Positions 28,448 through 40,239 of a stretch of 64,000 nt of DNA are shown piece after piece. Numbering within the stretch: the first letter of the stretch is position 1; the number at the start of each line of letters is the position of its first letter. Source of the stretch: Tubiluchus corallicola (Eukaryota; Animalia; Priapulida). The stretch spans positions 1,116,001-1,180,000 of the forward strand of contig JAQGDQ010000015.1 in assembly GCA_030141605.1 (NCBI GenBank), read 5' to 3'. The notes beneath the pieces are model-generated. The model saw only the letters and a program-made list of their open reading frames with translations. It did no database searches and was not told where the DNA came from. The translations under genes were made by a program, and so were the position numbers.

Positions 28448-29752
28448 AACAGTTGAATAATATACAGTAATAAGACAAAAAACTTTAATTTTGTTTATTT
28501 GTCAAGTTTTGCACACAATTGAGGTTATGTCTTCCGAAAGCATCAGAGAAAAACTGTTTGCGTTGATTACTATAATTACCAAAACTGGAGCGCGATGGCG
28601 TTTCTTGTGTCCTCCTTAGACATGATTTCAACTGATTACACTCCCCCCATTGCCAAGAAATGTTAATTTGCAAAAAATGTCATGGGCTATTATACACAAG
28701 CTAATGGGCAAACAAGCTATGTACACACCTAGTACAGTTTATTGCTAAAAGGCGTAACTTTTAATCTACAGTGACTGTTATTATAGGTAAATTCATTTTC
28801 TTCTACAATTGAGATGAATGCTTTAATATAATACATTGAGGTTTGTCTGCTTAACCACAGATGGAGGCACAGTACGACACATTCACCTATAGCAAACTCG
28901 CCTGTAGAAGCGCAGGCATGTCGCTAGGTACAGCTGTAGCCAATCCAAGTTTTTGGCAAACTTAAAACTTCACCGTCCCATAATGTCTGACTAAGCCTTT
29001 TTGCGTCACATTTTTGAGTTTTTGTCTTGTAGTTATGTACTGCACTGCACTTTTGAAACTTTTCGGAGATACTGTGGTACAATGTTATTTATACATTAAA
29101 AAGTTGCAAGAAATGATCCCGGCAACACGAACACTTGAAGTTTCAAAATTGGAACAAAGGTTTAGTAACAAGAATATCGGCAAAGACATGACAATTTGTA
29201 TAAGGAACACACAAGATACCGTTTGTTAATTAAAAACTAATCAATGCGCACAAGTCAGCAAGACTTTGTATAGTGGCAGTCTTAGAACTATTGAGATTCA
29301 CGAAATGTGGATTTGAGTAGGCCTGTGAAAGCATTTGCTCCGCAATTTAAAAAAAGAAACGACTTGGTTAATTTCTTAACACCTCTAGTGGGTGCAAGAC
29401 CTATCTTAACACCTCTACCTAGATAGTACTAAAAATAAATTAGTAAAAGAATGTGTCAATTTGCTGAAACTAGAATTATTCTTCCTTATAAAGTTGGACC
29501 TTAAAGTGAAATCTGAATCAATAATGTGCAGCAGATATATCTTACTAACTAATGGATTTCGTATTTACCAATTAATTGCTTTCAGTATCAAACTGCAGTA
29601 TTAAAAATTTGTAGTCCTTGGTTCCTTTATTTCAGAAAATTGCAAATGGTGAATGGGTGGTTCCTCCCCAAAACCTCTCACATAAGGAAGACTACATGCT
29701 ATATTATGACCAAGGCTCCTTTGACTTACCCTATGAGAATCAAACATATGAG
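5291..29752 (+). CDS. N-terminal part of a calponin-homology (CH) domain protein (NAV/DIXDC1-type CH, PPxY motif)
   Basis: Phase-compatible GT-AG exons 5291-5405 (AQTAWVNRLLEKVELRPITDLKKSIADGLFLPQLLEII), 23469-23594 (TCEKITEIQARPIKRAQKVENLHKCLVFLKQRKVELQSISAE), 24715-24779 (DLADGNLQATLNLLYNVRMIYD), 24887-25079 (contains PPPY), 25232-25323, 25626-25685, 28027-28125, 29636-29752. WVN / DL..DG..L / ENL..L.FL / DGNL are CH1-type hallmarks. A possible start exon is 4713-4736 (MSESRTLL, weak). Confidence 0.82.
7322..7724. mobile_element. Fold-back (MITE-like) element with inverted tRNA-derived arms, copy 1
   Basis: Starts TTAATGTCAAGATTATTA. The left arm (ataccaaactt..aaatgt..gcctggatttgaac..ttacaag) is an imperfect inverted repeat of the right arm (cttgtaggcaga..acatttcctgtctttcaagtttggtatc..gggtttgtaccatcatt). 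Homologous to the copies at 9361 and 11701. Confidence 0.75.
9361..9705. mobile_element. Fold-back element with inverted tRNA-derived arms, copy 2
   Basis: Same start motif. B-box GGTTCAAATCC on the minus strand at 9453-9463 and GTTCAAATCC on + at 9608-9617. Perfect anticodon stem-loop TCTGC-CTTGTAA-GCAGA on minus at 9472-9488. Confidence 0.75.
10573..10643. repeat. Compound trinucleotide repeat (GAT)n(GCC)n(GAC)n
   Basis: Seen directly. Confidence 0.85.
11701..12060. mobile_element. Fold-back element with inverted tRNA-derived arms, copy 3
   Basis: Starts TAAAGTCAAGATTATTA, then gatggtacaaaccc..ataccaaacttgaaag. The right arm has A-box TGGCCTAGTGG (11922-11932), tctgccttgcaag and cacatttcctgtcttttaagtttggtatc..ggatttgtgccat. 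Confidence 0.72.
14218..14265. repeat. (AAC)16 microsatellite
   Basis: Perfect run; produces the poly-N and poly-L ORFs in the track. Confidence 0.95.
16332..17300 (+). mobile_element. Possible decayed non-autonomous Helentron/HINE-like repeat (right end uncertain)
   Basis: T-run followed by a short GC hairpin, TTTTTTATCCACGAGCGCTAGGGGCGCGGATCTAG. The interior has recurrent gaaact/ggtcaaaagg/caaat motifs that I associate with such invertebrate repeats. Pattern recognition only. Confidence 0.3.
21962..22015 (+). mobile_element. 5S rRNA-like / SINE fragment
   Basis: AAGTTAAGCAG...CGGCCTAGTTAGTAAATGGATAGGTGAC resembles the 5S internal control region (AAGCTAAGCAG..GGCCTGGTTAGTACTTGGATGGGAGAC). 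Degenerate; not a full 5S gene. Confidence 0.35.
26703..26718 (-). promoter_or_regulatory. CTCF-like motif
   Basis: The minus strand reads TGCCAATAGATGGCAC, close to the CCASYAGRKGGCRC consensus. Motif match only. Confidence 0.25.
27574..27624 (+). CDS. Candidate alternative terminal exon giving a short CH-only isoform
   Basis: Strong polypyrimidine acceptor (ttcttattctttgtcctttag). Phase 0 matches exon 25626-25685. Encodes EFVEGSAFRGLRELIK*. Confidence 0.4.
   Translation, partial: EFVEGSAFRGLRELIK
28335..28447. repeat. (TA)n/(TATG) microsatellite
   Basis: Seen directly; explains ORF 28248..28478. Confidence 0.95.
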
Positions 29753-32105
29753 GTGAGTGAGATGTTTTTGTAGTACTGTATATGCATGAGCATGAAGTCT
29801 GGATAGGAAAGATCATACTTTTCAACTTTCAAGTCTAAAACTTGTACGACTTATACACTTATTAAAGGTGCCAGAAATAAAGTTTAGAGGCAGCAACAGC
29901 TTTACGAAAAGGGTGCTTTATTTGATTACATATTATGTGAACATAATTATGGGTTTAGCCTTTATGTTCAGTCTTTTTGATAGAAAACGCCACAATAAGA
30001 AGGCTGTTTTAACAAACGCCTCCGCTATGCCCCCCCCATGCTTCTAGTACCTCTAATTCTATAATCTTTGATTAAAAAGTGTGAAAGTTCAATTTAGTTT
30101 TAAACAGAAATCCATTCAAATTTAACAGAAGTTCAGGTTGAAATGCTGAGGCTTGAAGTTTTGAATTGTAAAAATCTGTACATTAATTTTGAAAAAACCT
30201 ATAGGTTGCTTTACTTTCATTATTTTCAATGTTATCTTTATTTTGGGTAACGTTTTTAGAAATGTCAAAAGTACATAGAATTAAATAAAGAAGTAAACAT
30301 CTGTTATTTTGCCGTCTGCCCTTTGATCTATGTGCAGAGATCGGTCTCAATGGTCGATCAAAAGAGTTAAAGTCAAAGACTCCAGAACTGGTTTTCTGTA
30401 TTTACGAGTCACGCACACTATACTCACCGAGGACGATCTTTTCGCTCTAAATTATAGTTTCGCTGGTGAACCAGACTTTGGAATACGCTTGAAATTTTAG
30501 ATGGCGTTACTCTCCTTGATTTTTCATATACGTATATTTTTACTCCAACAGTGCCGCACAGTTTGGTGTTTTTTCTTAAAATGATCAAAGTTTAGCAGTA
30601 ATAGGAAATAATTGAGCTGGTTGTATAACAATTAATTCCCTCAAATATCTATATGCATTTGGGCCAGTGCAAAGCCGGCATACAGTATATTAAGCTAGGG
30701 CTCTACTCATTTTCATACTTGTGGCGGGCTGGGACATGTATTAGTATTAAGTCTGGTCCTCAAAGATGAGATGCTGAACTTTGATAGATGAGTTAGCTGC
30801 ATCCGTATGTGGGATTTTAATAGGCACACTCTTCCCCAACAAAGAACTTTGTGGAAACAGTTTAGCAGACAAGAACGCACAAGCAATAAACAGGTCCAGT
30901 GTTGCTTACTATTATCGTGAAGTACCTAAACCACTTGGCCATTGCGCTCACCCCAAATAAGGCCAGTCTTGCGAAGTTCATTATTAACTTTGTACATGTT
31001 ACAAGCTTAAGAATTCATGTTTATGTTTATCAGTGGGGTCATCGTCAATCAAAACGTGACATAGGTTTGCTGAGAAAAAATTGTGCTTTTTAAAATAAGA
31101 GGTGCGTTTAAAACTTGAAATCCAGTCAGAATAGAGGAATTTTTGTTAACGTGGAAAAGCTGAACTTTTTCTTTGAATATGTACGCGGACAATATTTCCA
31201 GGTATAACTACTATTTTGAACCAAATTGTAGATTCCAGGTTACACAATTAAAAAGCTTGGCAGCAATCCTCTTATGGTCCGTATTGCATGTTCATTGTCA
31301 AAACGTGTGCAGTAAGTAATGGACTTTACCGCCGTTTGATCCAAGAACGATCACAGAAGCTTCGAAATAGTCTGCAATATAATATTATTGAAACGCCGGG
31401 CATTAAACAGCAATTTCAAACGAAAACATTCTAAAAATTTTGTTTCTGCCCTGTTTTCGTAACGCGGTCTTCGCAACAATGAACTCACGCCGCGTAACTA
31501 ATTTCATTTATCAGAATCGGCTGATCACATCTACTTGCTCACCTGACAGTCAATTACACGTATGTCGCTGTTGACCTTGATTAATATTCATAAATACAGT
31601 GAAGGTAAAATGATAACACTAATTACCTGTAATAACTAAAGTACCTGTAAAACCGCCCACTGTGTAAATGTCGGCATCCTGACGAAAAGTGCAAAAAGTT
31701 GTTCTGCCTATTATTAAATTATGCTGTTGGAACGAAATGCCCGTTATGTTTCATAACGGAAATAGCTCTTGTGTCGATTTTAGAAATATAGAAAAGCCTC
31801 GGACCAAGGTTTCAGTCACGGTTACCATCACCTATCGTCAGGTGGCTAAACTGAGTGCCAAAATGCGCATACCACATTGTGCAGTGAAGAAATTTTCTAG
31901 CCATGCTACTACTTAGAAAAAACGTGGTGACACAACAATACGATTTAGGATTGTCTTTTGGCTCTTACTAATCTGAAATTGTCTCTGCTAGGTGTAAGTC
32001 GCTCACAGACTAAACCTGTTAACGCTACTAAATTCTGTCAAACCCAAACGAACGTATGATGTTCTGCTCATCTTGCGCATACAATTATTTTCCACGTTTC
32101 AATAG

Positions 32106-35100
32106 AAGATTTAGAACACAAGATAGATCAGGATTATTAAGTACGAGTCAGATGTACTTGGCTTCTCGCCCTGTCACGCCCCTACCAAAAGAATTGGCTT
32201 CGCGGCCTGCCACGCCTTTACCAGGAGACTGCCCTTTCGACGCGAAACCAAATTCAAAGAACTTGCGAAGTAACAGACTGAAACAAACCGAGACAAATAA
32301 ATTGATTATCGATGGCTGTACAAGTACCTGTGATTATAATACCAAATATAGTATTCGGAAGATAAAATTAACCGATCCGTCTTTTACACATGGAATCGCT
32401 AAATCTGCAACGGTACAGTTAGGCAACGGCCTTAATGGTAGAAAGAGCATGCTGTGCGTCGATTCGCCAAAGCAGGTGATTGGTCAAGCAAAAGTTCTTC
32501 GCAACATTCAAGAGGGATTGATTAACAGCTTACCTGGATTAACAGAAAACAAGAGTTTGTGTGACGTGAAGCCAGTTAGACAAGCAAATGAAGCCGTCAC
32601 TCGTGTCATAGATGATATTAAAGAACTTGTGTCAGACTTAGAGCAAGTGAGTGTATTGTCTGAAATTGCTATGAAAAATCTTCTCCATGTTAATGGACTG
32701 TCATGCAAAATGACTATGATACATATATTTTTTGTGTATTTCAGTGTAGTTGGTGTGTTAATATTCTTACTATGTATCAATTCCATTTCAGCCTTCGCAT
32801 CCTCAACAGAGACTCTATGGACCAAGAGGAGAAAAGCTGTTGGACCGACAGGTGGCTTCGCCAATGAGAATATGCAGTAACAATAATAACGCACCTCGTT
32901 CTCGATCACCTCATCAATGTGTAAGTAGCGAAGATTACACCACCAACAGCGACGTTTGTACCTGTGGTACGGGATCTACCTATGCAAGAATTACGTAAGT
33001 ATGTTTAAAATTGGCTGACTTTCAATGTTATTTGAATCATTCAGAATTGAACTATACTGTTGAAATATGGCAGATACGCAACCAAGAATCTTTTGATCAC
33101 TAGAATATACATGAAGTGCCACCTTGCTAGTTGAATGTATGAATCAGCATAAAGAGGTATGCTAATTTGCGCAGGCTTATGTAGATTGTAGGGAAACGGC
33201 ATTTGTGTAGATACAGAGCATCTTATCAAATAAGTCAATTCTTCTGATGGCACACAGTCAAGGAAGTAATTTTTGCATTTTAATAGGCATAAACGAACCA
33301 GGATTGAATATACGCTTATTTTCCGATTGTGTAGTGTATTTAGACAAATCATTTGCTTCGTGTAAATTGAGTAACGCACAGTATAATTTTTTCGATCAAT
33401 ATTATACAGACAGAAAACACACTAAGATTAATTAGTAAATGAACTACTATTACACGTACTTTAACGTCTCTTTATTAGTGTTTAACATTACTAAACATTG
33501 CAAAGTTGGCTTATAAAGGTCATATTTGTTTACAAACGTTAGGAGTATCTTTTCTGTGCTTCCAACGTTCTGCAGCTTATCGGTGCATGCAGTCTTACCC
33601 AAACAGAGTAATGCTTGTGCTGTTTGTCGGCAATTACTACCCTTTTTATTTGCTGTGCAAACAAACAGAGATTTAAGTTATAATAGTTACATTGTGTAAA
33701 GATGTTGGAGATGAATTTTGCTCGATTTTGCTCTGAGAGTTTTAGACGCAAGTAAGTGTGGCTCACAGAGAGGTAATGGCTGCCATGTAGAAGTGAATGT
33801 CGGATGAAAGTTAGGCTGGCTGGGTTATTCTCTCCTGGAAAATATTGGATGCAAGTGAGTTAACTAGAAGACAGACCAGAGACATTATGCGAAAAGATGT
33901 TTGCGATCAGTGTACTGCGTTCATAGCTATTAGTGTCGAGTTAGGTCTATAGCGTGTACATTTGCACGAGTTTGTGCAGTCATGTTAAAACACAAGAGAA
34001 CTAGTTCAGCAAGATCTGTAAGGTATGTGTTCCCGGTAATTCTAGGTTCATGGGGAAGTCTTGAGAAAAGTAGTGTTATCTTTGCTCTAATTGTCGCACA
34101 GTGTAGTGCAGCCTAAGTTACAGGGTAACATACGTTATAATGACATTGTAATTGGTATTATGAATGCGCCGGAGCACTTCTGACGTTCACAAAACTGAAG
34201 GCTGACAGCAAGAAGGGCATTGATCTCTTACCACTCAATTTCATTTACGCAATAGACGAAGTACAATTGCATTATTACTGCGAGCGATTTTTTTTGTTGA
34301 AAACCTGGCTATCTGTTTTTTGGTAGCAGATTCGATTTCATAATGAGAAAGTTATTTTCTTTTAAAGTTAAACAACGTGTTTGTGAAGCCGTTTCAGACT
34401 TGAAATAAGGTTATAAGTACAACATAATCTAAAATGCCGTAGTATGGTTATGCCTATAGTTTTCTTTACAGCGCAATTTGTGAGCACCAACGTTCATATT
34501 GCTCTAGTTTAGATTTAACAATAACAAACCCTTGCTTTTTTCTCAGTAAAATGCTTACGAATTTGATGATCGTTTATGTTAAATCTACCGAGGTTATGTC
34601 CTGCTACTGTTGGTAGTCATCGGCTCTTGCTCCATAGCAGATAGCAATTGCCCCAGGGCATTAGTAAAGAACAACAGTAATTCTCCGCAATAAGAATGAG
34701 AAAAAACGTCGTAAACCCTAGATTATGCCGCTCAGCACAGGTTCCACAAGGTAGTTAAATTTGCATCAGAGAAATATCGGCGTTCATTTATCACGCTTTG
34801 TGTCACACTGGTTGATGGTTACTCTAGTTTTATGACTGTGTCGCCCTACCATGACACCTTGATTACAGGCCACAGGCGTCTTTGCTAAAAATTACCATTC
34901 AATAGAAAAACCTAAGAGCAATGTGGTGGATGCAGCGTGTGGTGAGGTGTAAATTCCACAGGTAACACTCGGTGATATCAAAGCAAATGGTTGGGGAAGT
35001 TCGTTAGTAGATCCAGTAGAGTGGACTGTGGTAAACCCAGTACAGTGGACTGTGGCTATATTATATTATGCAAATAAACTGCACAACTGCAAGGTTGTGG

Positions 35101-38100
35101 TTGTCTAGTTAATCTATAATGAGGTGTGTCCTCACTATTTATTGATGTTAAATAATCTATTGTGTGTCTATTCACATTTATTCTGACTTCGTCATGCTAA
35201 AGTTACATAGAAAAAGGTGAGAAATACAGTATTCTTACAAACTGTTACCAAGACTGTGAAAGGGTAATTGCTTTAAGAATCTGGTCATTTATTCTCTGCA
35301 GGCTATGGTGTTCCTCTTGCAAATCTGACTTGGTAGATACAAGACAACAGAAGGTTTCCTCCAACAAATCAGACTTCGATAGTATTATTATTATTATTTC
35401 ATATATTGTTTTATTAATATTTAACTTGTCTTTCAGTGTTGATCAGCATCCAGCTAGGGGAACAAATGATTATGAAGCAGTGCAAAACAGTGAACTGAGG
35501 GCAGCATGTAGTCGTTTGTACTGTGGTCAAGACCGCAAGCACAAGGAAGAATATTACCCCAAAACCTCGAGTCCGGTAAGCATAGTTTTACCATCATCAT
35601 TGTTACTGTTGCCATCATAATGATGGGGATATGAAATATAGTTAGTTAAAAAACCTTAAAACATTGCAATTGGATAACCAAATTAAGCTTCCAGTGGAAA
35701 AGGTGAATGAAAGGGGAGACCTGGACGTATATAAAAAGTAGTAGATATTTTCACGTTCACTTGGGAGACCACGCTCACAGCACTTATTGTAATGGGTTTT
35801 GATTGGTGAGTAGATATTTTCGAGAGTCAGTAGTCAATTTCTCACCATCACTTTAGTCTTGCAAATCTTGAAGTACTTGGTAGGTAAAAGATTTCTTTGG
35901 AATACAAATGATTAAACATTCACAGATTGGTTCTTCCGGTACTAACTTGGTTAGCTCAAGTGTAAAGAATTGGTAGATCACCTAATTAACACTTACATAA
36001 CAGTAGAGAATTAAGTGGGAAAATGAATTTTCTGGTCTAGAATATGACATGCTGGGCTTTAAAGAAAATAAATGCTTTAGTTTTTACTATACAGAGGCAC
36101 CGGAAAGCATGCCTGTCAGCTGAATTACCTTTCTTCTCTTTATTAATCATGGAGGTAGTAACACCAGTTAATCCAAATAAAGAAGTCAGTGTAAACTTGG
36201 GGAACATAAACGCAGCTTATCATTCTTCCTGCATATCTGTCAAGTTTGATAATCACGTAGGCCTCTGTGATATAAGCAAATATTTAGGTTCGAATTACAG
36301 AAGACCATAACATCAATGGTAATATAGCATACATTTCAGATGGATCAAAGCAGAAGCAGTGATGAACTTCCTTTGACATTAGGCAATGGTGAAGCAGAAC
36401 CTGGCTACAGCCAATGCTTTCCACAGAGAAATATCACACAGATGCCAGCCCATAGACCAGAATATCGTCGTGATACCAGCGGAAATGGTGTGCAAATCAC
36501 CATTGCAGGAAAACCGCCTGCAACAGTGACTAGTAGCAAAACACAATACCAGTCCACTAGTAACTGTAATAACCTCTCTAACAATACAAATAGTAATGCT
36601 AATGAACACATTTCTGGAAAGTACAACAGCGAAGCTAAAGTTTCAAATTATGCTTATAATGGCACTGGTAGGGATACGTATACCAGCAATGTAGCCATCA
36701 ATGGTAGCTTACAACAACACAGAATTTATGACAAAATTCGAAACACGCAGCAGACAAATGTACAAAATACGTATCGCAGAAGTCGGTCAGTTGAAAAAGA
36801 TGACCGATATGACCGCTACCCAAGGAGAAGGGCTAACAGTGCTGGCAGTGATTCTCAAGAATCCTCGCTAACTCCACCTCTACCGGCATCTTGCGAGGAG
36901 TCCGATACTACCAGTATTCTTTCGGCCGATTCTGTCCTCATTTCTATACCAGGTATAAGCAAACTGGGAAAGAGAGCAACGCCTGATCTGCTACAAGAAA
37001 GGAAAGGAAAACCAGATGGTGATAAACGCTTAAAATACAAACTTGAAAATGGGAAGGTGAAGAAGAAAAAGAAACGGAGGCGAAGAAGTAAGAAATATTT
37101 TACTTTTATAAATGAAATAAACTTGCCGAATGCGATAACCTGTGTACTCCAGTCTCATATACAAGTCGATGTCATTCATTCGTTTATCACTGCTAACTTT
37201 TCAATGATTATAATGCAGCCCATGCAAATTATATTGTAAATTTGTGCTTCATAATCAAGCCTTTTGTAGATTTGGAAAAAGTATGTTAGTCAGTCTTTTG
37301 GAACACCAAAATACTCTTGTTATTGAAGACTTTTAAAAGACTAAAGACTAAAGAACTCATTCTCACCCAAATTATCAACAAAATAATGAGTTAAAGAACT
37401 TTACTTCTCATTTAATTACCATTGAATGTATTTCAGTACAAAAAAAACCAAGCGCGTGAAGAAGAGTCGAAGAATAGTGGTAGTGGGTAAAGTGGCATCT
37501 TCAATACTTTCACAACATGCAACAGATATACATGCAGAACACCATGTAAAATATATTATCTTTATTACCAAATAATAATTACCAATATTATTATTATTTG
37601 AATGTACTAGGTTTGTCATTAGATTCAGCTTCTCCTGGAGTTGAACATTTAACATTGGATTACTCATCAGACACGGAAACTGCAACAGCAAGCAAGTCAG
37701 ATGAATCATGTGAGGTAGAAGCTCTACGGAAACAGATACAAGGCATGGAGCTCATGTACACAGAGCTGCTAAAGGTACAGGGCTTATGTTTCTAGATTTC
37801 TTAAATATAATGAAAAACAAAAAAATGACTAATTACTTATAGCAAGAACATCGTTCCTGATTAGCATGTTTTCACTTCATGATCAACAAAAGAATGAACT
37901 TCTAATTAAACAGCTAGTCACAATCATCATACCAAGATGCACACAAAAATGGTTATTTTTATAAGATTCAGGATTTTGCAGAGTTCTTGTTCAATGCAGA
38001 TATAGTGGCAGACAGAAACCTATCTCATAATCATTAAGATAAGATGCAGAACCGGTGATGTCTTAACTAAATTGTAATGAGATATGAAATGACCGTCCTT

Positions 38101-39424
38101 CCTCAACAAGAGAACCAGCCAGCACCCATAGCCCATTCATAGCTTTACCTCATATATCTTTTTAGTAATTAGGCCAAAAGTAATAAATAACAAACTGCAA
38201 GCTATAATAATAAAGAAGCTGGACCTTGAAATATGAAATTATTTTTCAAAATGAAACTTGTTCTTCTATGCGCTAATAGCTATTTATTGTTAATCAGAGC
38301 TTAGGTGTCAAAAGTGAACTCTTGGAAAAAGCTGGCAGACACCACAGCACCAACGGAAGAACTAAAGTCTCTCGCTCAATTGTCATGCAAGATCAGCGAG
38401 CAAAGGACATCAAGTAAGTTTGCACTTATAGTATCTTAGAAAAATAACATAAACTTGCAGTAGATTGTCATATATTCATCTCTTTGTAGAAACTTTTATA
38501 TACAAGTGCATATCTGAATCAATTTCAGGGCTGTAAATAAGCGATTCTCTCGCCTGGAATCGCATGTAGTTACTCTTGCCCGAAGTGTTGCCCATCTCTC
38601 CTCCGAAATGAGGTCACAAAATCTCATGTTCCAAGAAGTGGAGAACATGAAGCGGGAGATACACGATCTGCGAGTTTCCAGACTTCCCGACATTCCCCGA
38701 AGTCGCCACCAAGAGATGGAACGGTTTCGACAAATTCTTCCCGGTTTAACAAATCCCTACAGAATCAACAAGTTGTCAAAGTAAGGCTATGACCTGTTTA
38801 CAAAAAATTCTTATGATATTTAGAAATTACAAAGACAACACTCTAGGAATGACTTTAAAAAAAGGACACTACATGAGATTAGTTATGTGTGTTCTCCTGT
38901 CATGAGGTTAGTTAAAATGTTATTTTTGATTTTATAAATTTAGCTGTTTAATCAATTTACATTGCATAATACTAATTAAATTTTCTGTAATTACAGATTC
39001 TTTGGCGAAAATCCTCCACTGCTAGAGCTTTTCCTGAAAAAACTTGGATACGAGGTACATACCATTCTTTCAAGCAAACTACTTTTATTCTAGCATCAAA
39101 TTATGTTAATTGTTGCAGTATTGTGGATATGTCTGCCACTGTTTGGTCTACCACTATTTTGATGACTGCCTTCATCATTCATTTTAAATTTTTGAGCATA
39201 AGATATCATGAACTACAAAAACTAATGAATAGAACTGTTTTGTGTTCTTTCAGCGCTACATTCCCAATTTTGTTTTGGAAAACATTTCAATGGTAGAACT
39301 GCCTTACTTAAATGAAGAGCGGCTAGAGAAAATGAAGATTCCACTTGGACCTCGCACACGTATTCTGCAAGAAGCCCAGAGAGCATTTAGAGATGAAAAC
39401 ATCCAAGACATTTACCTCGTGTGA
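32106..39424 (+). CDS. C-terminal part of a coiled-coil + SAM-domain protein, probably the same gene as the CH exons
   Basis: Exons 32106-32646, 32792-32994, 35437-35575, 36340-37087, 37611-37774, 38298-38413, 38529-38780 (AVNKRFSRLESHVVTLARSVAHLSSEMR..NPYRINKLSK), 38997-39054 (FFGENPPLLELFLKKLGYE), 39254-39424 (RYIPNFVLENISMVELPYLNEERLEKMKIPLGPRTRILQEAQ..IYLV*). Phases are mutually compatible. FL..LG...Y...F....I...L..L....L..M.IPLGPR.RIL is a SAM signature. Confidence 0.85.
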
Positions 39425-39808
39425 TAATTAATTTTAAGTTAAGTTTGCGATCTTCGATCATTAATTAACAACTTCCATGCAAAAAGGCCATATAAAGAGT
39501 TTTGTTTCATTATTCAAAGTATCTGTTGTTTTTACTTGAAGCAGATGTCTATATTGCATAACGGTGATGTGAAAAAAGCATTTGTTATAGTAACCGCTTT
39601 CAATTAGGAAGGCACAATTTATTGCATAAATTATTTATATATGATAAGTGTAAGTATGAGTACTTAAACTGATTTAAGGATGTTTACATCTAGTTACCGC
39701 AGACACCCCAAGCCCCTTACTACAATTCGAAAGAGAGTTTTAAGCTAACACATCAAGAAGATAAGGTTATTGTTTTTACAAGTAGGTTTCTTTGGATTCC
39801 TTTACAAG

Positions 39809-39908
<100 letters not shown>

Positions 39909-40239
39909 CTAAAATGAAATTTAACAGTAAGATTTCTTGCATGTTCTAACTTATATTGTGTAATACGATTATTTATATTAGTGTATAACTTTTGTATAGT
40001 GTTCTGCAGCAACTCTCTGGAATACATTTACCAATACTTTTATACATACATGATAAATAAACTTTGAAAAGAATTTGTTATTTACATGTTGTCCAAGTTA
40101 ATACATGTCTTATTTTCTCTCTCAGAAATATAAGTTTTGCCCCTAAATTCATGTACCCAACTAACTGCTAAGCAGGCTTTTTACTGAAGTATGCACAATT
40201 GCACATACCTTTCAACACAGAAAATGTACTGTGTACATG

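Noticed and set aside
32508-32909. 133-aa antisense ORF
   Set aside because: It is the shadow of + strand exons, has a non-ATG start and shows no recognisable homology.
5291-39424. Naming the gene NAV2/NAV3, DIXDC1 or ANKS4B/USH1G
   Set aside because: Only single domains resemble these genes; no AAA ATPase, DIX or ankyrin repeats were found.
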